Shown here: positions 9,938-20,756 of the stretch, one piece after another
How the letters are laid out: every line of letters starts with the position of its first letter
How positions within the stretch are numbered: the stretch's first letter is position 1
Assembly: GCA_022511025.1 (NCBI GenBank)
Contig: JAFLSI010000001.1
Location: 1 to 58,842, forward strand
From: Rikenella sp.
GTDB lineage: Bacteria; Bacteroidota; Bacteroidia; Bacteroidales; Rikenellaceae
Direction of reading: 5' to 3'
DNA length: 58,842 nt
Program-made: the position numbers and the translations under genes
The notes under the pieces: generated by a model
What the model saw: only the letters and a program-made list of their open reading frames with translations
What the model was told of the DNA's origin: nothing
Databases searched by the model: none

Positions 9938-10823
9938 CCGGCTGATCGTCCTGCAAGGGCCTACGGGGGTCGGCAAGACGGCGGCCGGAGTGGTGCTGGC
10001 ACGGCATTTCGGCGCACCGGTCGTCTCGGCCGATTCGCGGCAGGTGTATCGGGAGATGGCGATCGGGACGGCAGCTCCTTCCGTGGCGGAACAGGAGGGG
10101 GTGCCGCACTATTTCATCCGGAACAAAAGCATTCACGACCCGTTTACGGCGGGAGACTACGAACGGGAGGCACTGGCGCTGCTCGACGACGAGCTGTTTC
10201 CGACCACGCCGAATGTGCTGTTGGTGGGCGGCTCCGGACTCTACGTGCAGGCCCTGCTGGAGGGGTTCGACGAACTGCCGGAAGCGGACCCGGCCCTGCG
10301 GGCGGAGCTGGCGGCGACCCCTCTGCCGGTGTTGGTAGAGGAGCTGCGGCGGTGCGACCCGGACTATTACAGGACTGTGGACCGGCAGAATCCGCAGCGG
10401 GTCGTCCGGGCGGTCGAAGTGTGCCGGCTGAGCGGCCGGCCCTACTCGGCGCAGCGGAGCGGGAGAAGCAAAAAACGGAACTTCGCTCCGGTCAAAATCG
10501 GACTCGATCTGCCGCGGGAGGTGCTGTACGAACGGATCGACCGCCGGGTGGAGGTCATGCTGGCCGAAGGGTTGCTGGCCGAGGCGGAACGGCTCTATCC
10601 GCACCGGACCCTCCCGGCATTGCAGACGGTGGGGTACAGGGAGTTGTTCGACTGTTTCGACGGCAAGATCGCGTTAGCGGAGGCGGTGGAGCGGATCAAG
10701 CGCAACACGCGCCGGTATGCGAAACGGCAGCTGACCTGGCTGCGGCGCGACCCCCAGATTCGCTGGTTCGCACCGGATGACTGCCGAGGGATGATCGACT
10801 ATTTGAACGGTTGGGTCGTTTGA
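9921..10823 (+). CDS. miaA: tRNA dimethylallyltransferase
   Basis: GPTGVGKT, SADSRQVY, VGGSGLY, TRRYAKRQLTW; ATG 9921. Confidence 0.96.
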   Translation: MTTNTNRLIVLQGPTGVGKTAAGVVLARHFGAPVVSADSRQVYREMAIGTAAPSVAEQEGVPHYFIRNKSIHDPFTAGDYEREALALLDDELFPTTPNVLLVGGSGLYVQALLEGFDELPEADPALRAELAATPLPVLVEELRRCDPDYYRTVDRQNPQRVVRAVEVCRLSGRPYSAQRSGRSKKRNFAPVKIGLDLPREVLYERIDRRVEVMLAEGLLAEAERLYPHRTLPALQTVGYRELFDCFDGKIALAEAVERIKRNTRRYAKRQLTWLRRDPQIRWFAPDDCRGMIDYLNGWVV

Positions 10824-10871
10824 GTGTCCGCCGGGCGGGGCGCAAATCGTTTTCATCAGCAGGACCGATTC

Positions 10872-11495
10872 ATGGGATTCATTAAGATCTGGTTTTGGGG
10901 CCGTTCGGTTTCGGTGCGGCAGCCGCAAAAACGGCAACCGGGCAGAAAACGGCCGGAGGGGACGGGAACCGGCGGCAGAACGGTGCCGATCCGCTCCGTC
11001 CGGAAAAAATACTGGCTCAGGGGCGAGGAGTATTCGGTCGTGCTGAACCCGGACGCGCAGCGGAACACGCTCCGAATCGACGGCCGGACCTTCGTCGTGT
11101 CGCTCCGTCCGGCCACGCGGGAGAACTTCGACCGCTTCATGCAGGAGTGGTACCGGCGTCAGGCGCGGAAAGCGTTTCAGGATGCCGTCGACCGCTGGCT
11201 GCCGCTTTTTGCGGCCGCCGGCCGGCCGGTGCCGCCTCCGCGGATAAAAATTTTTGCCATGCGGCGGGCCTGGGGGCGCTGTTACTACACGAAAGGGCTG
11301 ATCACCCTGAACCTGCACTTGGTCAAAACGCCGCAGGCCTGCATCGACTACATCGTCCTGCACGAGCTATGCCATTTCGTGGTGAGCAACCACTCCAAAG
11401 CGTTCCACCGTCAGGTGGAGGCGCTGCTTCCCGACTGGCGGGAGGCGGACTCCCTGCTGAAAACCTTCGCCCGCGAACGGCGAATTGTCGGTTGA
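10872..11495 (+). CDS. YgjP/DUF45 (M48-like) zinc metallopeptidase-family protein
   Basis: MRRAWGRC, LNLHL, IDYIVLHELCH, NHSKAF. Confidence 0.85.
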   Translation: MGFIKIWFWGRSVSVRQPQKRQPGRKRPEGTGTGGRTVPIRSVRKKYWLRGEEYSVVLNPDAQRNTLRIDGRTFVVSLRPATRENFDRFMQEWYRRQARKAFQDAVDRWLPLFAAAGRPVPPPRIKIFAMRRAWGRCYYTKGLITLNLHLVKTPQACIDYIVLHELCHFVVSNHSKAFHRQVEALLPDWREADSLLKTFARERRIVG

Positions 11496-11545
11496 TCCGG
11501 AGCCGTTTTTTGGCCGGCCTGTTTTAACGACCGCCCGGAAAAAAT

Positions 11546-11553
11546 TATCTTTG
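11546..11553 (+). promoter_or_regulatory. -7 promoter box (TATCTTTG) for dnaE
   Basis: TAnnTTTG 40 nt upstream of ATG 11593. Confidence 0.6.
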
Positions 11554-11592
11554 CGACTGAGGACCGACCGACAAGAAAACCCACCCTGCCGA

Positions 11593-14500
11593 ATGACAGC
11601 ATTTACCCATCTGCACGTCCATACGCAATACTCCATTCTGGACGGCGCTGCAGCGATCAAGAAGCTGCTGGCCCGGACCAAAGAGTTGGGGATGAACGCA
11701 CTGGCCATCACCGACCACGGCAACATGTTCGGTGTCAAAGAGTTTCACCATGCGGCGCAGGCCGCCGGGATCAAACCGGTCTTGGGTTGCGAGGTGTATG
11801 TGGCCGCCCGCACCCGGTTCGACAAGACCGACAAAGAGGACCGAAGCGGCCATCACCTGATCCTGCTGGCCAAGAACTTGGAGGGGTACCACAACCTCAT
11901 CAAGTTAGTTTCGTATGCTTGGACGGAAGGGTTCTATTACAATCCGCGGATCGACAAAGAGCTGCTGCAGCAGTACCACGAAGGGATCATCTGCTGTTCG
12001 GCCTGTCTGGGCGGCGAGATTCCCCAGTTGATCATGCACGGCGATCTGGCCGGGGCGGAGGCCGCTGTGAAGTGGTTCCACGACCTGTTCGGAGCCGACT
12101 ACTACTTGGAGCTGCAAGCCCACCGGACAGGCGATCCGGAGCGGGACGAAAAGGTCTACAACCAGCAGGTCGCCGTCAACAAAACCCTGCTGAAACTGGC
12201 GGAGAAATACGGAATCAAGTACATTGCGACCAACGACGTACATTACATTCTGGAGGAGGATGCCGCCGCACACGACCGGTTGATCTGCCTCAGCACCGGG
12301 CGCGATTTAGACGACCCGCAGCGGATGCGCTATACCGGACAGGAGTACCTGAAAAGCTACGACGAGATGGCTGCCCTGTTTCCGGACCATTTGGAGGCGC
12401 TGGCGACCACGCAGGAGATTGTGGACAAGGTCGAGGAGTATTCGCTGAGTCATAAACCGTACATGCCCAATTTCCTGCTGCCGGACGACTTCGTCGTGGA
12501 GCTGGAACCGCTCAAAGAGTCGATAGCCGTAGGGCTGGGAAAAATATATAAGGACAAACCGGAGGAGTTGCAGGCCGTGCAGGCCCGTGTTCAGACCTGC
12601 GCGTCGGAGGCGGAGATCGGAGCGCTGGGGGAAGAGGTGGCCGAACTGCTGCTGACCGCCCGGCAATACCTTTATCTGCGGCATATCGTGTGGCAGGGGG
12701 CCGAGGCGCGCTATCCGGGAGAGAAACTGACCGAAACGATCCGCGAACGGATCGATTTCGAACTCAAAACCATCGAATGGATGGGGTTTCCGGGCTATTT
12801 CCTCATCGTGTGGGACTTTATCCGGGCTGCGCGCGAGATCGGCGTTTCGGTCGGTCCGGGACGAGGCTCGGCAGCGGGATCGGTGGTGGCCTACTGTCTG
12901 AAAATTACCAATATCGACCCGATCGAATACGACCTCCTGTTCGAGCGTTTTCTGAACCCGGAGCGGATCTCGCTCCCCGATATCGACATCGACTTCGACG
13001 AAGACGGACGCGAGGAGGTGATGCGCTACGTGGTGCAGAAGTACGGACAGAAGCGGGTGGCGCACATCATTACATTCGGGACGATGGCGGCCAAATCTTC
13101 GATCAAGGATGTGGCGCGGGTGCAGAAATTGCCTTTGCAGGAGAGCGACCGGCTGTCGAAGATGGTGCCGGAAAAGCCGGGGACGACCCTCGAAAAGGCC
13201 TACAAAGAGGTACCGGAGTTAGCGGCGGAGCGGGAGTCGGAGAATCCGCTGATTCGCGACACCCTGCTCTATGCCGAGAAACTGGAAGGCTCGGTGCGGC
13301 AGACCGGGGTGCATGCCTGCGGGATCATCATCGGACAGGACGACCTCGAAAAGTTCGCCCCGATCTCGACAGCCAAGGATGCCGAACTGTTCGTCGTGCA
13401 GTACGAGGGGAGCTTGGTCGAGGATGCCGGATTGATCAAGATGGACTTTCTGGGGTTGAAGACCCTGTCCATTATCAAGGATGCGGTCCAGAATGTCCGG
13501 GAGTCGAAAGGGATCGAACTCGACATCGACGCCATTCCGTTAGACGATAAAAAGACCTTCGAACTCTACTCCAACGGAGAGACGACCGGTCTGTTCCAGT
13601 TCGAATCGCCGGGGATGAAGAAACACCTCCGGGCGCTTCAGCCCAACCGGTTCGAGGATTTGATCGCCATGAACGCCCTGTACCGGCCGGGGCCGATGGA
13701 GTACATTCCGAACTTCATCGCCCGAAAACACGGACGGGAGGCGATCGCCTACGACTTGCCGGACATGGCGGAGTATTTGGAGGACACCTACGGCATTACG
13801 GTCTACCAAGAGCAGGTGATGCTCCTGTCGCAGAAGCTGGCCGGCTTCACGAAAGGGCAGGCCGACACGCTGCGGAAAGCGATGGGGAAGAAGAAAAAGG
13901 ATGTGCTGGACAAGATGAAAGGCGACTTTCTGGACGGAGCGGTGGCTCACGGACACGACCGGGCGGTGTGCGAGAAGATATGGACCGACTGGGAGGCGTT
14001 CGCCTCGTACGCGTTCAACAAGTCGCACTCCACCTGTTATGCCTACGTGTCGTACCAGACGGCTTACCTCAAGGCCCACTATCCGGCCGAGTTCATGGCG
14101 GCGCTGCTGAGCCGGAACCTCTCGGATATCAAGAAGATCAGTTTCTTCATGGACGAATGCAAACGGATGGGGGCGCCGGTCAAAGGGCCGGATGTCAACA
14201 AAAGCCGGTTGCACTTCTCGGTGGACAGCGAGCAGAACATCCGCTTCGGGATGGGAGGGATCAAAGGGTTGGGGGAAAATGCGGTCCAGGCGATTTTGGA
14301 CGAACGGAACGCCGGGGGGGATTTTAAGGATATTTTCGACTTCGTGGAGCGAGTCAACCTCCAGACGGTCAACAAGAAGAATATCGAGTGCCTCGCTCTG
14401 GCCGGGGCGCTGGATTCGATCGCCCCGTTCCACCGGAGCCAGTTTTTTGCCCAGGACGGCAAGGGCGCTTCATTTATCGAGGCCTTGATTCGGTACGGAG

Positions 14501-15249
14501 GGTTGGTGCAGGCGGAACGGGCGCAGAAGCAGAACAGCCTTTTCGGGGAGATGATGTCGGGCGGAATGGTGAAGAAGCCGGAGGTGCCTCAGGCCGATAC
14601 GTGGGGCAAACTCGAAATGCTCGAACGGGAGAGGGAGGTGGTGGGAATCTACCTCTCGTCGCACCCGCTGGACGACTACCGGATTCTGATCGAAAACTAC
14701 TGCTCCAACACGGTGAACGAACTGGACGACTTGCAGGCGATGCGCGACCGCGACTTTACGGTGGCGGGGATGGTTACATCGTCGCAGTACCTCACGACCA
14801 AAGGGGGAAAACCGTACGGACGGTTCACGATCGAGGATTTCAGCGGGAGCCATACGTTCACGCTGTGGAGCAAGGATTGGGAGCTGTTCCATTCGTTCTG
14901 TTTCGAGCAGAACTCGGTGCTCGTCAAAGGGCGGGTGCAAATGAGCCGCTTCCGGCCCGGTGAACTGGAGATCGTTATCAAGAGCATGAAGAGTCTCACG
15001 GAGGTGATGGAGAACGACATTCGGGAACTGGTGGTAACGGTGCCGGTGCAGGGGCTTTCGGCGGAGTTCGTCGACGATCTGTCGAGTACGGTGGCCGCTT
15101 CGGCGGGGCCGGTGGCGCTGCGGTTCCACATTTTCGACCCGGAAAGCGGGGTCAGAGTGGCGCTGCGCACGCGGGCGCCGAAAGTCGAACTCAATCCGCA
15201 GGTGGTGGGGCTGTTGGACGAATACGGTTTCCAATACCGGATAAATTGA
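11593..15249 (+). CDS. dnaE: DNA polymerase III alpha subunit
   Basis: HLHVHTQYSILDG PHP domain, GPGRGSAAGS, PDIDIDF, KMDFLGLKTL, YAFNKSHS. Confidence 0.98.
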   Translation: MTAFTHLHVHTQYSILDGAAAIKKLLARTKELGMNALAITDHGNMFGVKEFHHAAQAAGIKPVLGCEVYVAARTRFDKTDKEDRSGHHLILLAKNLEGYHNLIKLVSYAWTEGFYYNPRIDKELLQQYHEGIICCSACLGGEIPQLIMHGDLAGAEAAVKWFHDLFGADYYLELQAHRTGDPERDEKVYNQQVAVNKTLLKLAEKYGIKYIATNDVHYILEEDAAAHDRLICLSTGRDLDDPQRMRYTGQEYLKSYDEMAALFPDHLEALATTQEIVDKVEEYSLSHKPYMPNFLLPDDFVVELEPLKESIAVGLGKIYKDKPEELQAVQARVQTCASEAEIGALGEEVAELLLTARQYLYLRHIVWQGAEARYPGEKLTETIRERIDFELKTIEWMGFPGYFLIVWDFIRAAREIGVSVGPGRGSAAGSVVAYCLKITNIDPIEYDLLFERFLNPERISLPDIDIDFDEDGREEVMRYVVQKYGQKRVAHIITFGTMAAKSSIKDVARVQKLPLQESDRLSKMVPEKPGTTLEKAYKEVPELAAERESENPLIRDTLLYAEKLEGSVRQTGVHACGIIIGQDDLEKFAPISTAKDAELFVVQYEGSLVEDAGLIKMDFLGLKTLSIIKDAVQNVRESKGIELDIDAIPLDDKKTFELYSNGETTGLFQFESPGMKKHLRALQPNRFEDLIAMNALYRPGPMEYIPNFIARKHGREAIAYDLPDMAEYLEDTYGITVYQEQVMLLSQKLAGFTKGQADTLRKAMGKKKKDVLDKMKGDFLDGAVAHGHDRAVCEKIWTDWEAFASYAFNKSHSTCYAYVSYQTAYLKAHYPAEFMAALLSRNLSDIKKISFFMDECKRMGAPVKGPDVNKSRLHFSVDSEQNIRFGMGGIKGLGENAVQAILDERNAGGDFKDIFDFVERVNLQTVNKKNIECLALAGALDSIAPFHRSQFFAQDGKGASFIEALIRYGGLVQAERAQKQNSLFGEMMSGGMVKKPEVPQADTWGKLEMLEREREVVGIYLSSHPLDDYRILIENYCSNTVNELDDLQAMRDRDFTVAGMVTSSQYLTTKGGKPYGRFTIEDFSGSHTFTLWSKDWELFHSFCFEQNSVLVKGRVQMSRFRPGELEIVIKSMKSLTEVMENDIRELVVTVPVQGLSAEFVDDLSSTVAASAGPVALRFHIFDPESGVRVALRTRAPKVELNPQVVGLLDEYGFQYRIN

Positions 15250-15320
15250 TTAAATTTGTCTGTTTTTCCGGCTGTAAAGAAAGAAGCAAAAATTTCATAA
15301 CTTTTTAATTTTAATTCATT

Positions 15321-15635
15321 ATGGCATTAGAGATCAATGCGGCCAATTTCAAGGAAATCATGGCTTCGGACAAACCGGTGGTGATCGACTTCTGGGCGGA
15401 ATGGTGCGGGCCGTGCCGGATGGTGGGACCGCTTGTCGAAGAGCTGGCTGAGGAGTATGCAGACCGGGCGATCGTCGGAAAATGCGACGTAGACTCGAAC
15501 GACGAAATCGCGGCACAATTCTCGATCCGGAATATCCCGACGATTATCTTCGTCAAAGGGGGACAGGTGGTAGACAAACAAGTGGGGGCGACGACCAAAG
15601 CGGCGTTGGCTGAAAAACTCGACAAACTGTTCTAA
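15321..15635 (+). CDS. trxA: Thioredoxin
   Basis: DFWAEWCGPC; preceded by TAAATTTG box at 15251-15258. Confidence 0.96.
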   Translation: MALEINAANFKEIMASDKPVVIDFWAEWCGPCRMVGPLVEELAEEYADRAIVGKCDVDSNDEIAAQFSIRNIPTIIFVKGGQVVDKQVGATTKAALAEKLDKLF

Positions 15636-15670
15636 ACCCCTGCTGCATCCAACCGCCCTTGTGCTCTCTC

Positions 15671-15705
15671 GGCTCATCGGGGACAGTCGGCCTGATGAGC
15701 CTTTT
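15671..15705 (+). terminator. Intrinsic terminator after trxA
   Basis: ggctcatcgg...cctgatgagcc followed by tttt. Confidence 0.6.
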
Positions 15706-15758
15706 GTGTACGTTGCACCGTACCTTTTTATTTCGGGCCGCCGCCAACCATACTTTCG

Positions 15759-16982
15759 ATGAAAAGCATCGCCTCGATACGTTCGGACTTTCCCCTTCTC
15801 GCCAACAGCGTGAACGGAAAGCCCTTGGTCTACTTAGACACCGCCGCCACCGCCCAGAAACCGGAGGCCGTCATCCGTACCGTAGACAGCCTGCACCGGA
15901 CGATGAACGCCAACATCCACCGCGGCATCCATTACATGGCCGAAGAGACCACCGCCCGGTACGAACAGGCGCGGGAGCGGGTTCGGTCGCTGCTGAACGC
16001 CGCTTCGACCCGGGAGATCGTATTCACAAGCGGCGCGACACACTCGATCAACCTCGTCGCCGCATCGTTCGCCGAGCAGTATATACAAGCCGGGGACAAC
16101 GTGGTGATTACCGAGATGGAACACCACTCCAACTTGGTTCCGTGGCAGCTTGCAGTCCAGCGGAAAGGGGCGGAGCTGCGGGTGCTGCCCTTCGGCGATG
16201 CAGGGGATTTGCAACTCGACCGGCTGCCCGGCCTGCTCGACCAACGGACACGGATCGTGGCCGTAACACAGGCCTCCAACGTGTTGGGGACCCTGCCCGA
16301 TTTGCAGCACATCATAGCGGTCGCCCATGCGCACGACATCCCGGTTTTAGTGGACGGATGCCAGGGGATTGTGCACCACCGGACGGATGTACAGGCTTTG
16401 GACTGCGATTTTTACGCCTTTTCCGGCCACAAGCTGTACGGACCGACAGGGATCGGAGTGCTTTACGGCAAAGAGAAGTGGTTGGATGCGCTGCCGCCGT
16501 ATATGGGCGGCGGGGACATGGTCGGCACGGTCAGGCTGCCGGCGGGGACCACCTATGCCGAGCTGCCGCTCAAGTTCGAGGCCGGCACGTCGAATTACAT
16601 CGGCGCAATCGGGTTGGGCGCAGCGATCGATTATTTAGAGGAGTTGGGGTTCGACGACATACGACAGCACGAACAGACTTTGCTCGACCGGCTGACCGAC
16701 CGCCTGCAACGGACGATCGACGGCCTGCGGATCTACGGAACGACGGACGGAAAAGGTCCCCTCGTTTCGTTCACAGTCGACGGGACGCACCCGGCCGACA
16801 TCGGGATGATCGTCGACAAATTAGGGATCGCCATGCGGACGGGAACCCATTGTGCGGAGCCGGTCATGACCCATTACGGCCTCACGGCGATGTGCCGCCT
16901 CTCCATCGGGCTGTACAACACGGAGTCGGAGATCGACACAGCGGTGGCAGCGGTGGAACGGGCGGTGAATATGCTGCGGTAG
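15759..16982 (+). CDS. sufS: SufS-type cysteine desulfurase
   Basis: YLDTAATAQKP, EHHSN, FSGHKLYGP (PLP Lys), RTGTHCA (group II catalytic Cys). Confidence 0.92.
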   Translation: MKSIASIRSDFPLLANSVNGKPLVYLDTAATAQKPEAVIRTVDSLHRTMNANIHRGIHYMAEETTARYEQARERVRSLLNAASTREIVFTSGATHSINLVAASFAEQYIQAGDNVVITEMEHHSNLVPWQLAVQRKGAELRVLPFGDAGDLQLDRLPGLLDQRTRIVAVTQASNVLGTLPDLQHIIAVAHAHDIPVLVDGCQGIVHHRTDVQALDCDFYAFSGHKLYGPTGIGVLYGKEKWLDALPPYMGGGDMVGTVRLPAGTTYAELPLKFEAGTSNYIGAIGLGAAIDYLEELGFDDIRQHEQTLLDRLTDRLQRTIDGLRIYGTTDGKGPLVSFTVDGTHPADIGMIVDKLGIAMRTGTHCAEPVMTHYGLTAMCRLSIGLYNTESEIDTAVAAVERAVNMLR

Positions 16983-17073
16983 GCAGCAGGCTGCCGGATT
17001 TTTCCTATTTCCAGTGGCGGGAGGCGCTGCGGGCCGACCCTTACGACATAAACCACAATAACCATCCGATCCT

Positions 17074-17763
17074 ATGTTCATCGTTATCGAAGGACTCGAC
17101 GGCGCCGGCAAATCCACCCAAGTCCGTCTGATGCACCGGCTGCTGGCCGAACGGTACGGGAAGCACGTCGAATACCTCCACTTTCCGAGGTTCGACGCCC
17201 CGGTTTACGGTCCGTTGATCGCCCGTTTTTTGCGCGGCGAGTTAGGCGCTCTCGACGAAGTGAACCCCTATTTGGTCGCCCTGATTTACGCCGGCGACCG
17301 GCAGGAAGCCGCCCCGCAGATTCGCCGTTGGCTCGCCGAAGAGAGCGCAGTCATAGTGGACCGGTACGTTTACTCGAATATCGCCTATCAGTGCGCCAAA
17401 TTTCCCGAAGGATCGGACACCGAGCGTACGGCGCTGAAAGATTGGATCTTGGAACTTGAATACCGCCACAACGGGATACCGAAGCCCGACCTGTCGCTGT
17501 TTTTGGACGTACCGTTCTCTTTTACCGCCCAGAAGCTCACCGGCCAGCGCGACGGAACGGATCGCGACTACCTGCAAGGCAAAACCGACATCCACGAAGC
17601 CTCGCTCACCCTGCAACAAAACGTGCGGGCAGTCTATACCGCTTGCGCCGCAGACGACCCGACCTTCCGCGTCATCGACTGCCGCGACCCGGAGAGCGGA
17701 GGCATGCTCGCCCCGGAATCGATTTTCAACAAGATAGCCGATGAAATTGCTCGACACTTTTAG
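17074..17763 (+). CDS. tmk: Thymidylate kinase
   Basis: FIVIEGLDGAGKSTQ, HFPR, DRYVYSNIAYQ. Confidence 0.93.
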   Translation: MFIVIEGLDGAGKSTQVRLMHRLLAERYGKHVEYLHFPRFDAPVYGPLIARFLRGELGALDEVNPYLVALIYAGDRQEAAPQIRRWLAEESAVIVDRYVYSNIAYQCAKFPEGSDTERTALKDWILELEYRHNGIPKPDLSLFLDVPFSFTAQKLTGQRDGTDRDYLQGKTDIHEASLTLQQNVRAVYTACAADDPTFRVIDCRDPESGGMLAPESIFNKIADEIARHF

Positions 17764-19018
17764 AAGCCGGTATCCCCGAACCGTACACCACCTCTCCGGC
17801 ACGTTAGTTACCGTCGCGCGGTACCACTTAGCCGCCCTGTTCATCCTCTCCGGAGCGGCAAAAGCCATCGACCCGTTCGGACTCTCTATAAAATTGGGAG
17901 AATATTTTTCCGCCTTGGGACTCGATTTCCTGCGCCTGTTCGACGACATCGGAGCAATCCTGCTGCCCTCGGCCGAACTGCTGGTCGGTTTTATGCTGCT
18001 GAGCGGCATTTCGCGCCGCCTGACCGCTTGGTCGGCTTTTGTCGGGATGAGTTTTTTCACCCTCCTCACCTTGTGGTTAGCCGTGGCCAATCCGGTGAGC
18101 GACTGCGGCTGCTTCGGCGACATGGTACACCTGACCAACTGGGAGACCTTCTTTAAGAACCTCGTTTTCTATCCGTTCGCCGTCATCCTGTTTCTGGCCC
18201 GAAACCGCCAGCGCCGGTTCGATCCGTCGCCGCTTCGGACAGCGGTAACCTACGCCGTTTTGCTGCCCGCGAGTCTGGGACTGAGCCTTTACAGCTACAA
18301 CAGCCTGCCGCCGATCGACCCGACCCCGTTCAAAATCGGGGTCAACATCCGGCACGCCATGACCGTGCACGAGAACGATACGCAAACCATCCTCGTCTAC
18401 CGCGACCGGCAGAGCGGCCGCCTGCACGACTTCAGCCTCGAAGACACCGCGTGGTACGACACGACCCGGTGGGAGTATGTCGACACCCGGCTCATCGGCC
18501 AAAGCACCGCCCCGGAGATCAAAGCCGTACCGATGTTCGACGACAACATCGACCGGTCGGACGAGATACTCGAACGGCGAGGCTACACCCTGCTTTTTGT
18601 TATCAACGACTACGATCCGGCGTACGAACGGGATCTGTTCGCCCTGGCAGACTATATTCGCCGTTACGACGGCCGGACCGTTGCGCTGAGCGCAGGCCCG
18701 CTGCCGGCCGCCGAGTTGGCGGAGAACGGCATCGAAGCGTTCGGCAGCGACTACACGGTGCTGCACACGATGATTCAACACCGGACCGGAGGAGCGATCC
18801 TGCTCCACGACGGAACGATTATGGACAAATGGTCGATCAACCGGCTGCCCCGCTGGGCCGAAGCGGACCACGATCCGCTGAGCAACGTGCTGACCGATCG
18901 CCGCATAACCCAAGAACAACTGCTCGTCCTGCTTTTCGCCTTGGCGATTGCGCTGATTGCGGTTTCGACCATCCGGATCGACTACAAGCCGACAGGAAGC
19001 GAATCGGAACAAGGATAG
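17741..19018 (+). CDS. BT_3928-family DoxX/MauE membrane protein with degenerate thioredoxin-like C-domain
   Basis: LFILSGAAKAIDP, DCGCFGD..LTNWETFFKN, several TM helices. Confidence 0.8.
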   Translation: MKLLDTFRSRYPRTVHHLSGTLVTVARYHLAALFILSGAAKAIDPFGLSIKLGEYFSALGLDFLRLFDDIGAILLPSAELLVGFMLLSGISRRLTAWSAFVGMSFFTLLTLWLAVANPVSDCGCFGDMVHLTNWETFFKNLVFYPFAVILFLARNRQRRFDPSPLRTAVTYAVLLPASLGLSLYSYNSLPPIDPTPFKIGVNIRHAMTVHENDTQTILVYRDRQSGRLHDFSLEDTAWYDTTRWEYVDTRLIGQSTAPEIKAVPMFDDNIDRSDEILERRGYTLLFVINDYDPAYERDLFALADYIRRYDGRTVALSAGPLPAAELAENGIEAFGSDYTVLHTMIQHRTGGAILLHDGTIMDKWSINRLPRWAEADHDPLSNVLTDRRITQEQLLVLLFALAIALIAVSTIRIDYKPTGSESEQG

Positions 19019-19166
19019 AGACGGCCGATAAAAGAGGCGATGCGTCCCGCAGCCTCCACCCGTGCCTCCCAAAACCCGGCACGCAAAAATTCAACCGCAC
19101 AAACCGGTTTTTAGGATATAATTCAGTAAATTAGCCAGTTTACCGCAAACCACACAGCGACCGATT

Positions 19167-20645
19167 ATGGACATCACAACCGGGAACATCATTCTGACAG
19201 GCTCCTTACTGCTGTTTTTCAGCATTTTGGCCGGGCAGCGCGCCAACAAGTTCGGCGTCCCCGCCTTGGGATTGTTTTTGGTAGTCGGGATGCTGGCCGG
19301 CACCGACGGCATCGGCGGGATCAACTTCGACAACCCCGGCATCGCCCAGTTGATCGGTGTGATCGCCCTGAACTTCATCCTGTTCTCCGGCGGGTTGGAC
19401 ACCTCGTGGCACACCGTACGCCCCGTGATCCGCCAAGGCCTCATGCTGTCGACCGTCGGCGTGCTGCTGACCGCCGTTCTGACCGGCCTGTTCGTCCACC
19501 GGATCGTCCCCGGTTTCTCCCTGTCCGAGAGTCTGCTGCTCGGCTCCATCGTTTCATCGACCGACGCCGCCGCCGTTTTCTCCATTTTGCGGTCGAAAAG
19601 TTTGAAACTGAAAAACCACCTGCGCCCCATACTCGAATTCGAAAGCGGAAGCAACGACCCGATGGCCTACCTGCTCACCATCATCTGTTTGGGGTTGGTG
19701 ATGAATCCCGCCTCCTCGGTCGGAGGAGCCGTCGTCCGGTTCATCGTTCAGATCGCCGTCGGCGGCGGAGCCGGGATTGCATTCGGCCTCCTGATGGTCT
19801 GGATCGCCCGGCGCGTCAGATTGGGCTACACCGGACTCTACCCGATCATGATCATCGCCCTGATGTACATCGCCTACGCCGCCACCGACCGGATCGGCGG
19901 GAACGGTTTTCTGGCCGTTTACTTAGCCGCCCTGTGGTTCGGTAACCACAAGATACCCTACCGGGTCTCGCTCCTGAACTTTTTCGACGGATTCGCCTGG
20001 CTGATGCAGATCATCCTGTTCTTGACCTTGGGGCTGCTCGTCTACCCGAGCCGCATCGTCGGCATTATCGGAATCGGCCTGCTCGTATCGGTATTCATGA
20101 TCCTCGTAGCCCGTCCCGTGAGCGTTTTCACCTCCCTGCTCTTTTTCAAGATGCCCCTCCGGAGCAAAACGTTTATTTCGTGGGTCGGACTGCGCGGCGC
20201 CGTACCGATCGTGTTCGCCACCTACCCGCTGATTGCCGGGATCGACCGGGCCGGCGTAATCTTCAACATCGTCTTTTTCATCTCCCTGACCTCCGTTTTG
20301 GTGCAAGGCACTACCCTGCCCCTGCTCGCCAAGTGGCTGAAAGTGTCCGAACCGGACCAGAAGATGATCAACTCCAAACCGGAGATCACCCCGGACGACA
20401 TCTCCGACCTGTTCGAAGTCCGCATAGCCGACGGGAACGAATATGCCGGCCGTCCCGTCTCCGAGATCCCGTTTCCGGAGGGTGCACGGATTACCATGCT
20501 TCGCCGCGGCGACCGCCACATCATCGTTACCGGATCGACCCTGCTGGAATCCGGCGACCGCGTGATTATCGCCAGCCAGAACCGGGCCGACATCTCGCAG
20601 ATCGGCGAACTGCTCACCTCGACCGGCAGCCCGGCAGCAGACTGA
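19167..20645 (+). CDS. cvrA: Potassium/proton antiporter (CPA1, CvrA/NhaP2) with TrkA-C domain
   Basis: SSTDAAAVFS, EFESGSNDPMA, GLRGAVPIV, C-terminal RCK_C. Confidence 0.88.
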   Translation: MDITTGNIILTGSLLLFFSILAGQRANKFGVPALGLFLVVGMLAGTDGIGGINFDNPGIAQLIGVIALNFILFSGGLDTSWHTVRPVIRQGLMLSTVGVLLTAVLTGLFVHRIVPGFSLSESLLLGSIVSSTDAAAVFSILRSKSLKLKNHLRPILEFESGSNDPMAYLLTIICLGLVMNPASSVGGAVVRFIVQIAVGGGAGIAFGLLMVWIARRVRLGYTGLYPIMIIALMYIAYAATDRIGGNGFLAVYLAALWFGNHKIPYRVSLLNFFDGFAWLMQIILFLTLGLLVYPSRIVGIIGIGLLVSVFMILVARPVSVFTSLLFFKMPLRSKTFISWVGLRGAVPIVFATYPLIAGIDRAGVIFNIVFFISLTSVLVQGTTLPLLAKWLKVSEPDQKMINSKPEITPDDISDLFEVRIADGNEYAGRPVSEIPFPEGARITMLRRGDRHIIVTGSTLLESGDRVIIASQNRADISQIGELLTSTGSPAAD

Positions 20646-20709
20646 CCGGCCGTCCCCCCGGCTCCGCATCTTTCTGCGGCTCCGGCTTGGGTTCGTTCAA
20701 AAAAATATT

Positions 20710-20717
20710 TATCTTTG
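20710..20717 (+). promoter_or_regulatory. -7 promoter box (TATCTTTG) for pfkA
   Basis: TAnnTTTG 40 nt upstream of ATG. Confidence 0.6.
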
Positions 20718-20756
20718 TACCTGCTTTTGAAACGTAAAAAAAGACCCTGTTAAAAC

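Noticed and set aside
12490-12660. Intein in dnaE
   Set aside because: Too short and lacks N-terminal Cys/Ser and C-terminal His-Asn splice motifs
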